A stretch of 64,000 nt of DNA from a virus (Duplodnaviria; Caudoviricetes), in IMG/VR virus record IMGVR_UViG_3300032285_003899, positions 18,127 through 82,126 of that record. One strand, given 5' to 3'. Shown here piece by piece: positions 41,727 to 50,807 of this stretch. Both the position numbers and the translations under genes were made by a program. The notes beneath the pieces were generated by a model that searched no databases, was not told the origin of the DNA, and saw only the letters and a list, made by a program, of their open reading frames with translations. How positions within the stretch are numbered: position 1 is the first letter of the stretch; every line of letters starts with the position of its first letter.

Positions 41727-42361
41727 TCAACGATAAAAATGATAATAAAGTCCAGTTGATTGGCTATTATGGCAGCGACCAAGTTCACGCTTGTTCTGCT
41801 TGGACTTCTACAAGTCGAGATTTAAACGAAGACAAAGTAGCTAGAATCCCTAAGCTTCTTAAGATGCTTGCTGATGCGGGGCATCATACTCCATTTGAGA
41901 AATCCTCTCTTCACTTTTTAGTTGACACTGATATTGCTAGTCACGTTCATCTTCTAAAACATAGGGTTGGCGTTTGTATTAATGGCGAGTCTGCTCGTTA
42001 CAAAGAAATCAAAGAAGATAAATATTTGATTCCTAGTGACTGGCCCGAAGATTGGCAGCTTGCTCTTGCTAATTACACAGAAGAAGGCAATAGGCTTTAT
42101 CACCAGTGCATTAAGAGTCTATGCGATAGAGGCTTTGATAGAAAGCGAGTGAAAGAATCTGCTCGTTTCTTTAAGAATTATAATTCTCAAATTCAAGCTG
42201 ACGTAATGTTTAACTGGCGATCTTTCAATCATTTCTTGAGCTTGCGTAATAAGCCTGACGCTCAGAAAGAGATTAGAGAAATTGCCGCCGAGATGTTGCG
42301 TCTAGTAAAGAATATTGAAGGTAATCCTTTTGAGCATACAATCGCCGCATTCGAACTATGA
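41723..42361 (+). CDS. thyX: FAD-dependent thymidylate synthase
   Basis: GHHTPFE, KHR-x8-SARY, FLSLR, AQKEIR. Confidence 0.9.
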   Translation: MINDKNDNKVQLIGYYGSDQVHACSAWTSTSRDLNEDKVARIPKLLKMLADAGHHTPFEKSSLHFLVDTDIASHVHLLKHRVGVCINGESARYKEIKEDKYLIPSDWPEDWQLALANYTEEGNRLYHQCIKSLCDRGFDRKRVKESARFFKNYNSQIQADVMFNWRSFNHFLSLRNKPDAQKEIREIAAEMLRLVKNIEGNPFEHTIAAFEL

Positions 42362-42741
42362 TTACTGATTATAATTTATTCTTAGATGATGTAAGGATTC
42401 CAACTCATGTTACATGGGTTGAGATTCCAGCTAATCAACATTATTCTGTTGTACGAAACTACAAGGAATTTGTAGATTTGATCACTTTAAGAGGTTTGCC
42501 AAAATTTGTTTGCTATGATCACGATCTAGCAGATTGTCATTATGGTCATGGATTAAATAATGACGCTATTCCTTATGATATATATGGCAAAGAAAGAACT
42601 GGCTATCATTGTGCTATGTGGTTGGTTAATTACTGCATTGAAAAAAATATTAAACACCCACCATATATTGTGCATAGTTTAAATCCGGTTGGTAAAAAGA
42701 ATATTGAATCTTATATAGACAGTTATAATAAAACATTATGA
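42358..42741 (+). CDS. receiver-like (cyclic-phosphate-processing) domain protein
   Basis: LFLDDVR...YDHDL...TGYHCAMWL...VHSLNPVG. Confidence 0.7.
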   Translation: MITDYNLFLDDVRIPTHVTWVEIPANQHYSVVRNYKEFVDLITLRGLPKFVCYDHDLADCHYGHGLNNDAIPYDIYGKERTGYHCAMWLVNYCIEKNIKHPPYIVHSLNPVGKKNIESYIDSYNKTL

Positions 42742-43094
42742 ATAATAAATTACATATCGTCCCTAAAGGTTGGGGATTTGAAAAATGGATTGTCAACAAT
42801 GAAAAATATTGTGGTAAAATACTTTATATTATTAAGGATCGTAAGTGTAGTTGGCATTATCATAAAATTAAAGATGAAACTTTTTATGTTCAAAGTGGAA
42901 AAATAATTCTTTATTTTAGTGATATTCCTAAAGATTCAGAAAAAGCGAACAAGGTTATTCTTGGACCGGGAGATCATTATCACATTCCAGTGGGATTGAT
43001 TCATCAGATGTATGCGTTGGAAGATACTGAACTATTTGAGTTTAGCACACAACACTTTGATGATGATAGTTACAGACTAGAAAAGGGAGATTAA
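42738..43094 (+). CDS. cupin (sugar isomerase-like)
   Basis: PKGWG, SWHYHKIKDETFY, PVGLIHQM, EFST. Confidence 0.85.
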   Translation: MNNKLHIVPKGWGFEKWIVNNEKYCGKILYIIKDRKCSWHYHKIKDETFYVQSGKIILYFSDIPKDSEKANKVILGPGDHYHIPVGLIHQMYALEDTELFEFSTQHFDDDSYRLEKGD

Positions 43095-43096
43095 TT

Positions 43097-43765
43097 ATGT
43101 CATATCAAACAGAATTCGATTTCGAAACGCCAGAACAGAAGGAACAGCGTCTTAAAAACTGGCATGATCAAGAAGCAGAGTTTGACAAACTGTTTGGAGA
43201 AGACGATAATTATTATACATATAATAAATATGTAGATAAGTTTATTGATCTTCTGCCTTATCGATTGGGATGGGGCTTCAAACATAATTGGTGTGAATTA
43301 CGTTGGTGGGCTAAATGCAAATATCAGAAGTTCCGTTATGGAGTTTCTGACGATGATGTTTTTTCTTTGGAAACTAATATTGCTAAATTTATTGTTCCTC
43401 GTTTGCAATATCTTAAGAAGGTGGGCAAGATGGGTATTCCAATGAAATTTTTGCCTAGCGACTACACTTCTTTGTCAGAAGAAGATCAACAAAAAGCAGA
43501 AAAAATTGCCGAAAAAGAAATTGATCGCATTATGGATGAAATTATTTTTGCTTTTGATTACATTATTGATCCTGATAAATATGTGCCTTTTCCACAGTTG
43601 TCAACAAAATGGGATCTTAAAGATAAAAACTACTTCAACAGAGAAAAAACTATTGAAGAAAAACAAGCTTGGGATGAATATATGAAGAAATGCGAGCAAC
43701 ACAATGATCGCAAGAAACAAGGTCTATTATTATTCGTAGAACACATGGACATTTTATGGATATGA
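43097..43765 (+). CDS. hypothetical phage protein
   Basis: 222-aa ORF. Confidence 0.75.
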   Translation: MSYQTEFDFETPEQKEQRLKNWHDQEAEFDKLFGEDDNYYTYNKYVDKFIDLLPYRLGWGFKHNWCELRWWAKCKYQKFRYGVSDDDVFSLETNIAKFIVPRLQYLKKVGKMGIPMKFLPSDYTSLSEEDQQKAEKIAEKEIDRIMDEIIFAFDYIIDPDKYVPFPQLSTKWDLKDKNYFNREKTIEEKQAWDEYMKKCEQHNDRKKQGLLLFVEHMDILWI

Positions 43766-43959
43766 AAAAATTTACTCCTCAACAAATCAATCTCTTAGTA
43801 AAAACTCGCGATGAAATTAGAGATCTGACTAATCGGCAACACAAGCTATATGATGATCTTGTTAAAGAATTAAATGTAACAATATATGCTGAAGATTGGT
43901 TATTCGACTATATATATAATGAGTGCGGCAGCATAGAAGATTTAGAAAATAGAATGTAA
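43756..43959 (+). CDS. hypothetical protein
   Basis: coupled ORF. Confidence 0.65.
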   Translation: MDMKKFTPQQINLLVKTRDEIRDLTNRQHKLYDDLVKELNVTIYAEDWLFDYIYNECGSIEDLENRM

Positions 43960-44011
43960 TTGTTTCATTTATAAAGCATTATACTGTATAGCGTTTTATA
44001 TAAAAAACTTT

Positions 44012-44197
44012 ATGAATCATCAACCAAATTATTATCTTACTTTAAATCTTCCAAAAGGTTTTAGTCGCGAAGATGCTGAAAAAATTCAAAAAGATGTGCT
44101 TGACTTCCTTGAAGGAAAGCGTCATTATGGTGCGAAATATGACGGCAAAGCGGGTATAACAGTTAATGTCGTCAGTGTATCCACAAATCATGATTGA
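44012..44197 (+). CDS. hypothetical protein
   Basis: 61-aa ORF. Confidence 0.6.
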   Translation: MNHQPNYYLTLNLPKGFSREDAEKIQKDVLDFLEGKRHYGAKYDGKAGITVNVVSVSTNHD

Positions 44198-44360
44198 AAA
44201 AGCGATAGAACGTCTTCGTGCGTATAATGATTGGCGTACCGGAAAAGACGAACGAACTATGAACGAAGCCGGTATTACTCCAAAACAAGTAACCACAGAT
44301 ATTGAAACTGTCTGCGATGAACTTGAAAAACTGATTTCAATGTATGCAAGTCGTAATTAA
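44190..44360 (+). CDS. hypothetical protein
   Basis: LRAYNDWRTG family. Confidence 0.6.
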   Translation: MIEKAIERLRAYNDWRTGKDERTMNEAGITPKQVTTDIETVCDELEKLISMYASRN

Positions 44361-44640
44361 TATCCAACAATTTGGTACTTTTTCTATTAGCAAAGCCGCT
44401 ATAGAATATATTCAAAAAAATATTAAGCTTAAAAAAGATAAACAAGCTATTGGATGTTATGCGTTCGATAATGATCGCGCTAATCCTCTTTTAGTCGAAG
44501 CTGTAAAGAAATTAAAAAATGAGGCGCACGGTCCTTATTCGGTATTAAAGATTGTAGAAATACCAGATGATATTGAATGGCAAATCTTCGCTTCAAACGG
44601 AGAAGAGTGGATTGCTGAAAAACATCGTACTTGGCGGTGA
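44344..44640 (+). CDS. conserved phage protein
   Basis: VVIN...RANPLLVEAV...LKIVEIPDDIEW...EKHRTW. Confidence 0.75.
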   Translation: MQVVINIQQFGTFSISKAAIEYIQKNIKLKKDKQAIGCYAFDNDRANPLLVEAVKKLKNEAHGPYSVLKIVEIPDDIEWQIFASNGEEWIAEKHRTWR

Positions 44641-45033
44641 ATGAAGCCGCGAATATTGAAGAGAGCGGTTGAAACTGCTCATGCTCTATGTCCTACTAAT
44701 TGGAAGAATGTTAATAATTCTCATGTAGCTTTTCTTGTCAAAAAGAACAAGATAGTAAAAATTGGTTGGAATAGAAAAAGAACTCATCCTGAAATATCTA
44801 AGCATCCGTATCACGATGGATACGTTGGTACTCATGCCGAATTAGATGTTATTTTAAAATCAGGTCTTGAAGATCTTAACGATCATTCTATGATCGTACT
44901 TAGAGTTGATAGAAAAGGACGACTGGCAAACAGTAAACCGTGTCCCGGTTGTTTGAGTTTGCTGAAGTCTTATAATGTCGAAGAAGTTTTTTATTCAGAT
45001 ACTGAAGGTAAAATTGAAAAATTGTCAAATTAA
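44641..45033 (+). CDS. cytidine/deoxycytidylate deaminase-family protein
   Basis: HAE...SKPCPGC zinc motif. Confidence 0.8.
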   Translation: MKPRILKRAVETAHALCPTNWKNVNNSHVAFLVKKNKIVKIGWNRKRTHPEISKHPYHDGYVGTHAELDVILKSGLEDLNDHSMIVLRVDRKGRLANSKPCPGCLSLLKSYNVEEVFYSDTEGKIEKLSN

Positions 45034-45070
45034 CCTTGACTATATCTGAGACTAGAATATCATAACCGTA

Positions 45071-45307
45071 ATGAAGAAAGATTTATACATGAAGAATCCT
45101 AACGAGAAGATTGTTATTCAAAGTGACGATCTAAAGTATGATGGAAAGAATATTGTTATTCCATCTTATTATGATGGCGTTATTTGCGATTATTTAAATC
45201 GTGTAGATGTTAAAGGCATGAATGACGCAGATCATCAAGACTATTTAGCATTTCGTAAATTCTTTGAGGACATAATGGATTATAAAGCTGATAAAGGGGG
45301 TAACTAA
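45071..45307 (+). CDS. hypothetical protein
   Basis: own promoter TTGACT-N16-TATCAT. Confidence 0.7.
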   Translation: MKKDLYMKNPNEKIVIQSDDLKYDGKNIVIPSYYDGVICDYLNRVDVKGMNDADHQDYLAFRKFFEDIMDYKADKGGN

Positions 45308-45308
45308 G

Positions 45309-45899
45309 ATGGGGATGTACGATAGCATAGAATGCAAATGTTGGTTGCCAATGCCAGATGAACCGAAAGGTTATACTGGCTCGCACGGCTTTCAAACTAA
45401 AGATCTTGATTGCGCGTTAGATATTTATATCATCGACGAGAACGGTCAATTATTTATTGAATGCCGCGAAACAGAATGGGTAGAAGGAGATCCAAATGCC
45501 AAAGGCTTTTTAGACAAAGTGGGGCATATAAAAACTAAAAAGACATGGCTTGAATCTGTAAATAAAACTTGCACAGTACAATTTTATGATTTTTTTAGCT
45601 CAAATAATACTGATTATGATTATTGGGTTGTATATGATGCTGTATTTATTGATGGTAAAATAAAAGATATTAAACTAACTACTTTCGAAGCTACCGCAAA
45701 TGGCGAACGCAAAAAAAAAGACATAGAATTCCATAATAAATTACGAGAATGGGACGAATTTAGAAAAACTCGCCGTTATAAGTATTTATTGAGTCCATAT
45801 AATAAGGTTCTTAAATTTATTTGTGATAAAATATACAAATCTTTGTGCTTTTTATCTAGTAGAGTTTGGCGAGTCTATAACTTTTTAATGATCAAGTGA
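45309..45899 (+). CDS. conserved phage protein
   Basis: MGMYDSIEC...FQTKDLDC. Confidence 0.75.
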   Translation: MGMYDSIECKCWLPMPDEPKGYTGSHGFQTKDLDCALDIYIIDENGQLFIECRETEWVEGDPNAKGFLDKVGHIKTKKTWLESVNKTCTVQFYDFFSSNNTDYDYWVVYDAVFIDGKIKDIKLTTFEATANGERKKKDIEFHNKLREWDEFRKTRRYKYLLSPYNKVLKFICDKIYKSLCFLSSRVWRVYNFLMIK

Positions 45900-46141
45900 A
45901 AAAAGAAAAAAATTCTGAGTTTCTTATTTGCGACTGTCATAGTCATGGGCTTCTTGTTGAGAAGTTTGATGATGAAGAAGAAGTGTGCTTGAGTTTATTT
46001 GAAATAGGATTGAGTGGTAGAACGCTACGTTGGTCAGAGAGATTAAGATGGTGCTGGCAAATACTTAGATATGGAAAACCTTGGTCTGACTTTGTAATAT
46101 TAAACACAGAGAATCAGAAAAAATTAAAAGAATTTTTATGA
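45896..46141 (+). CDS. hypothetical protein
   Basis: GTG start; CDCHSH. Confidence 0.6.
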   Translation: MKKEKNSEFLICDCHSHGLLVEKFDDEEEVCLSLFEIGLSGRTLRWSERLRWCWQILRYGKPWSDFVILNTENQKKLKEFL

Positions 46142-46404
46142 AATTCAAGAATTTTGAGGGTGTAGAATATACGGTTAATTATAATAAACCACACGCAAGA
46201 TTTCACGCTTCTGGTTTATGCGATTCTCCTGATACTGACGATCCTCAAATTCTAATTGATCCAACATTATTGACTCGCCGCCAACTTAATGTATTAATAG
46301 AAGAAGTATTTCACGCTCATCTTTTTGAACTGCCTGAAAAGAAAGCTAGAAAGTTTGCCGCCAATTTAGGCAAACTTGTGTATAATAGATTTATAAAGAA
46401 ATGA
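46138..46404 (+). CDS. minimal zincin-like protein with a degenerate EExxH motif
   Basis: GLCD...ILIDP...LIEEVFHA. Confidence 0.45.
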   Translation: MKFKNFEGVEYTVNYNKPHARFHASGLCDSPDTDDPQILIDPTLLTRRQLNVLIEEVFHAHLFELPEKKARKFAANLGKLVYNRFIKK

Positions 46405-46646
46405 ATTTACAAGAACTAATAGGGGACGAAGAAAACTTCGATCCCCTTTTTAAATTACAGTTCCGCAATCATAACATAATTTGTTTCAATACGAAACTAA
46501 TTACTTTAAAACATCCGTTTGAGTGTGATTCTCAGGATGATACTTGTCGCAATCACGTTATTAAGTTCTTAAATGATGAGGGATATTTAGAACAATGCGA
46601 GGACAAAGTAATTATTTTTGACATGTATACCGATTTACATGATTAA
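46401..46646 (+). CDS. hypothetical protein
   Basis: coupled ORF. Confidence 0.6.
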   Translation: MNLQELIGDEENFDPLFKLQFRNHNIICFNTKLITLKHPFECDSQDDTCRNHVIKFLNDEGYLEQCEDKVIIFDMYTDLHD

Positions 46647-46649
46647 AAA

Positions 46650-47009
46650 TTACATGGGAGAAACCCCAGATGCCCAAGGTAAAGGCAAAGTAATAACAGA
46701 AGGAACTAATACGTTATATATTTGAGATGAAGATTTTTCTTCATATTCATTTTTTCCTGTTCCTAAAATATCCCATACCCAAGATAATACCATAGATTCT
46801 TTCAAACCAGTATATGGAGTAAATTCTCCAGTATTTTCTCCAAGCATTGTTACGCTATTAGATCTTCCATAAAAAGGACCGCCGCTTATTCCTGAGTAAT
46901 AAGATAAACAGTCCCAATGAACATTAAATACATAATCTTTTTGTCCGCTAAATGTTGGATAGCAATCCATTGCCGTAACTTTCCACGTTACTTCTATATT
47001 ATCACTCAT
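46650..47009 (-). CDS. conserved phage protein (possible virion accessory)
   Basis: TWKVTAMDC...VFNVHW...FTPYTGLKESMVLSWV...LPLPW; GTGTAT-N8-ATG. Confidence 0.7.
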   Translation of the reverse strand: MSDNIEVTWKVTAMDCYPTFSGQKDYVFNVHWDCLSYYSGISGGPFYGRSNSVTMLGENTGEFTPYTGLKESMVLSWVWDILGTGKNEYEEKSSSQIYNVLVPSVITLPLPWASGVSPM

Positions 47010-47100
47010 ATCTAATAATACACTATACTAAAATTATTTTTACGATTTTCATTTATTTTTTCACAATTTATCTTATGATATGTACAATTAGAATATAAGT

Positions 47101-47265
47101 ATGAAAAAATGTTTATACTGTAGCGAATTTATCGACACTGAAAACGACGATTACCAAAAAGTTGGTAAAAAGTTAGTTTGTGTATTCTGCTATGAAGAAT
47201 ATGCAGATGAAATAGATAATAATTTTTCAGATGAAGATGAAGATATTTGTCGCGAAGAAGAATAA
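47101..47265 (+). CDS. 54-aa Zn-finger acidic protein (absent from ORF track)
   Basis: CLYC...CVFC. Confidence 0.55.
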   Translation: MKKCLYCSEFIDTENDDYQKVGKKLVCVFCYEEYADEIDNNFSDEDEDICREEE

Positions 47266-47331
47266 ACAGTGTAATATATAGTAGCGCAAATATATGCTGG
47301 ATAAAAATTGATTTTACATCAAAATCCAGTT

Positions 47332-47376
47332 AAGCCCGAAGCGCATGAAACTGTGTTTCAGATCGGGCTTTTTTTC
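47332..47376 (+). terminator. intrinsic terminator, possibly the end of a small RNA
   Basis: AAGCCCGA...TCGGGCTT followed by a T run. Confidence 0.75.
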
Positions 47377-47378
47377 GT

Positions 47379-48107
47379 TTATTTTGCGAAATATTCTTGA
47401 ATAGCATTTTTTACGTCTAAATTTAAATAATTTTCGTATTTAACCAAATCATTTTTATTTAAAGGAGTAAAATCATATTTATTTCTTAAAAGATTAATTT
47501 TTTGATCTAAAGGTCTTAAATTAGAATGATGGTTAATTAGCTTTAATATTAATTCTGCATCTTTTAACATATAATCACTGAACCAATTTATCTGCCAGAT
47601 ATGGTCAATATGATAGTTTTCTTGAATCCAATTTTTATTATCAGTTTTTTCAGACATTAAATAGATAAATTCTTCAATTGAATTTACAGATATATAATTT
47701 AAAGTTTTATTTTCTTTTGATCCTTTTTTGATTCTAGCTAACGAAGATCTTAAATTTTCTTTTAATCTCCAAACAGGATCGGTTAAGCGTTTATTTTTCT
47801 TCCATTCTGATTTTTTTAATTTATATTTTAAAGTTTTTCTATATTTTTTGCTTTTATCCCTAGACATTCTTTTCCTTTTTTCTTCGTTTTCTTTAGAATA
47901 AAAATTTTTGTAAAAATTACTACCTGGTTCTTTAGATTTTTTAGTTTTTAAATCAGAACACACCTTGCAACAAGAAGCATTTTTATAAAAATTAATTTCT
48001 GTTTTCGCGCATTCGCAAGGAGCGCACCATTTAAAGCCTAAATTTTTTAGATACTCTTTTTCTGATTTACAAACTCTTTTTCCTTTAATTTTGAAATCGA
48101 TAGACAT
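47379..48107 (-). mobile_element. HNH-type homing endonuclease
   Basis: CAPCEC N-terminus; YHIDHIWQ...NHHSNLRPL..KIN. Confidence 0.75.
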
Positions 48108-48228
48108 AAAAATATTTACACAAATAATTGTGGAGGTGACGCAACATTTTTCAACTGTTAATTAAAATTTCAAAAAACCTCGACAACACCCCTTGACAAC
48201 CGCTAAAAACCTGATAAAGTGATCGCGT

Positions 48229-48480
48229 ATGGAAAATCCATCAGTTAAGAAGGGTCGTGGTCGTCCTATTGGTGCGACCTCTACTGTTGAAATCACGTTG
48301 GGCGAGCTTCTTGCGAAGCTCAACAACGATGCGAACGCCACTGTTGTTGTCGGTCGCGTTTGGTATAATAAGTACCAGAACGTGCCTGTAGCTTCAGCGC
48401 AAGATGGCGATTCGCTTCCTCAAGAGATTCAGAATCAGCTTGACGAGGAGCCTGTTGCAGAGTTCACTATCACTCAGTAA
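48229..48480 (+). CDS. small protein with an AT-hook-like motif
   Basis: KKGRGRP; promoter TTGACA 48193-48198 / TAAAGT 48215-48220. Confidence 0.7.
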   Translation: MENPSVKKGRGRPIGATSTVEITLGELLAKLNNDANATVVVGRVWYNKYQNVPVASAQDGDSLPQEIQNQLDEEPVAEFTITQ

Positions 48481-49409
48481 TGAACTACTTCACTGAACTT
48501 GTTGGGCAAGAAGAAGTCAAACGCAAGCTTTCATTTTATTTGGAAGCTCATGCTAAGACTGAACTTGTACCGTTTTTGAACTTCGTTGGCGCAAAAGGTC
48601 TAGGCAAGACTGCATTTGTTCGCGAATTTGCCAAGAATATTTATAGCACCACCGGAGTCAATAAGCCACTGCTTGAGCTAAATAGCTCTAGTATTAAATC
48701 GGGGAATCAGTTTTTCGAACAAGTTTTTCTGCCCCACATTCAAGATCAAGAAATTATTTGTTTCTTTGATGAAGCGCATTGTCTGCCAAGAGACTTTACT
48801 TACGCATTACTTTCTATTCTCTCTACAGAGAAAGATCATGTAATTGATTATAATGCTGGCAAGGCAAATTATATCTTCAATTTCAAGAAGCATCATTTTA
48901 TATTCGCGACAACTGAATCAGATAAGCTATTTATTCCGTTGCGTGATCGATTGACGACGATTGAATTTGCAGATTATAATACTAATGAACTAAGGGAGAT
49001 TTTTCAGAAAGCTCTACCGAACATTGAATTTGATGAAGAAGCGTTGTCAATGTTGTCTGAAACTTCCCGAGGCAACGCGAGATCTTGTGTCCTTCGCGCC
49101 AAAGAAGTCAAGCTTTATGCTGATCGATTTGAGATCACGCGATTTACTAAAGAAGACGCTGAGAAGTTGTTTTATATTCTTGATATTCTTCCTTACGGTT
49201 TGAATAGAATTGAGTGGCAGATACTAAATATTTTGCGTAAAGAAGGTAGCTGTACTCTTTCTATGCTTGCTGCAAAAACCGGCTTGTCAAGAACCGCGAT
49301 TCAGCGTGATCACGAATTGTATCTTATTCGTAAAGGATTTATTAGCATTGATAATGTTCGATATATTACGAGTAATGGATGTAAAGTATTAGAAGGTGTG
49401 AAGAAATAG
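48480..49409 (+). CDS. ruvB: RuvB-like Holliday-junction helicase
   Basis: LVGQEEVK, GAKGLGKT, FDEAH, ATT..PLRDR, SRGNAR, C-terminal winged helix with E.YL..KGFI. Confidence 0.88.
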   Translation: MNYFTELVGQEEVKRKLSFYLEAHAKTELVPFLNFVGAKGLGKTAFVREFAKNIYSTTGVNKPLLELNSSSIKSGNQFFEQVFLPHIQDQEIICFFDEAHCLPRDFTYALLSILSTEKDHVIDYNAGKANYIFNFKKHHFIFATTESDKLFIPLRDRLTTIEFADYNTNELREIFQKALPNIEFDEEALSMLSETSRGNARSCVLRAKEVKLYADRFEITRFTKEDAEKLFYILDILPYGLNRIEWQILNILRKEGSCTLSMLAAKTGLSRTAIQRDHELYLIRKGFISIDNVRYITSNGCKVLEGVKK

Positions 49410-49431
49410 TGTATAATATAGTGAAGTTCAA

Positions 49432-49523
49432 GCCTCAATGACCGGAAATGGCTATCGGCCTTGTTTTGTAAACAAGTATGGATTAATCATCCTTTATCAG
49501 TTCGAATCTGATTTGAGGCTCCA
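49432..49523 (+). tRNA. tRNA-Thr(UGU) with an atypical long variable arm
   Basis: GCCTCAA/TTGAGGC-T-CCA; CTTGT-TTTGTAA-ACAAG; 19-nt variable region. Confidence 0.75.
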
Positions 49524-49543
49524 CTTTTAGTGTAATATAGATT

Positions 49544-50215
49544 ATGAAATCTATAGAAATCGAATGCGAGTTTTGTAAAACTAAATTTTCAAAACTTATT
49601 AATGAATACAACAAGTGTTTAAAATCAAAACAAAAACATTTTTGTTCTCTCTCTTGTTCAGCTAAATTTGGCGGAATTTTAAGAAAACAAAAAGCTGATT
49701 TTGATAAACAAGAATATTATAAAAATCCAAAAAAGTGCAAAACTTGTAATAATGCAATAGATTATTTTGTTAAAGACGTTAATGAGTTTTGCGGATCTTC
49801 TTGTTCTGCTATATTTAATAATCCAAAAAGAGCTATTAAAAAAGTATGTGTTTGTTGCGGATCACAAACTAAAAATAAAAAATTTTGTAATATTAAATGT
49901 TTTTTTATTGATAAAAAGAAACAAACAGAGACTTGTATAGAAAAAGGTAAAAAAGTAACTAATGATACTTTCAAAGCTTATCTGATAAATAAGAACGGTC
50001 ACAAATGTCAGATGTGTTCTTTTTCTGAATGGGGCAATAAGCCTATTCTATTAATATTAGATCATATCGATGGAAATTCAGATAATTGTTCATTAGAAAA
50101 TTTAAGATTAATTTGCAGTAATTGCGATACTTTAACTCCTACTTATAAAGGCAGGAATAAAGGAAACGGAAGATACGCGAGGAGGCAGAGATATCAAGAA
50201 GGTAAAAGTTTTTGA
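49544..50215 (+). mobile_element. Zn-finger repeat + HNH homing endonuclease
   Basis: CEFC/FCS..CS repeats; CQMC...LDHIDGNSDN...NLRLICSNCD. Confidence 0.85.
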
Positions 50216-50230
50216 TCATCAAGAAACCCC

Positions 50231-50274
50231 TTGACAAACGCTGAAAGTATGGTAGATTGATCGCGTTCTTTAAA
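50231..50274 (+). promoter_or_regulatory. promoter + boxA-like cassette, repeated at 50378, 50507 and 51842
   Basis: CCCCTTGACA-N16-TAGATT...GTTCTTTAAA. Confidence 0.7.
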
Positions 50275-50281
50275 TGATTTC

Positions 50282-50370
50282 TTGTCAGACCGTTTGAGCG
50301 TTTTAGACTTTTCCTGCTCTTTACCACATTCGAAGGAGAAAGTGATGGCAGAATGTGGGCGGTCTGGCAA
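50282..50370 (+). ncRNA. unknown structured RNA (three-way junction with a kissing loop)
   Basis: 12-bp closing stem, two hairpins with complementary loops; own promoter. Confidence 0.55.
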
Positions 50371-50424
50371 ATTCCCCTTGACAAAGTAAGAAAGTGTGAT
50401 AGATTGTCAATGTTCTTTAAATTT

Positions 50425-50497
50425 TGCGGGTTGGAGAAGAGGTCATCTCGTCACGCTCATAACGTGAAGATCATCGGTTCGAATCCGATACCCGCTA
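50425..50497 (+). tRNA. tRNA-Met(CAU), initiator-like
   Basis: 1:72 mismatch; GCGGGT/ACCCGC; TCACG-CTCATAA-CGTGA; no encoded CCA. Confidence 0.85.
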
Positions 50498-50554
50498 AGT
50501 TTCCCCTTGACAATCGAAGAAAACATGATAGATTGTCAACGTTCTTTCAATAAT

Positions 50555-50630
50555 GCATCCATAGCTCAACGGTAGTAGCATCGGCCTTTTAAGCCGAGGG
50601 TTGTGAGTTCAAGTCTCACTGGATGCACCA
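50555..50630 (+). tRNA. tRNA-Lys(UUU)
   Basis: GCATCCA/TGGATGC-A-CCA; TCGGC-CTTTTAA-GCCGA. Confidence 0.95.
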
Positions 50631-50654
50631 TTTTTTTCAGTTCTTTTAAATTTT

Positions 50655-50723
50655 AAGCAGTGGAGTCACTCACAATATAATGTGTGTTATTTTTGTGAGA
50701 TAGGAATTCGTTCCTCGCTGCTT
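50655..50723 (+). ncRNA. candidate three-way-junction RNA
   Basis: AAGCAGTG/CGCTGCTT enclosing CTCACAA/TTGTGAG and AGGAA-TTCG-TTCCT. Confidence 0.45.
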
Positions 50724-50732
50724 ATTACTTTT

Positions 50733-50807
50733 AAGTAAGATAGTAAGGTTTAATAGTTTATGTTGTTGATATTAAATCTGAAAGTAATTGGTATTACAAT
50801 CTTACTT
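50733..50807 (+). ncRNA. candidate three-way-junction RNA
   Basis: AAGTAAGAT/ATCTTACTT enclosing AGGTTTAATA/TATTAAATCT and GTAAT/ATTAC. Confidence 0.4.

Noticed and set aside
49432-49523. Call as tRNA-Tyr(GUA)
   Set aside because: Stem pairing centres the loop on TGT; acceptor GCC and U73 fit Thr; a canonical Tyr tRNA exists at 52671.
50282-50807. Hammerhead or HDV/theta ribozyme identity for the junction RNAs
   Set aside because: No CUGANGA...GAAA...UH core and no nested double-pseudoknot pattern could be found by eye.
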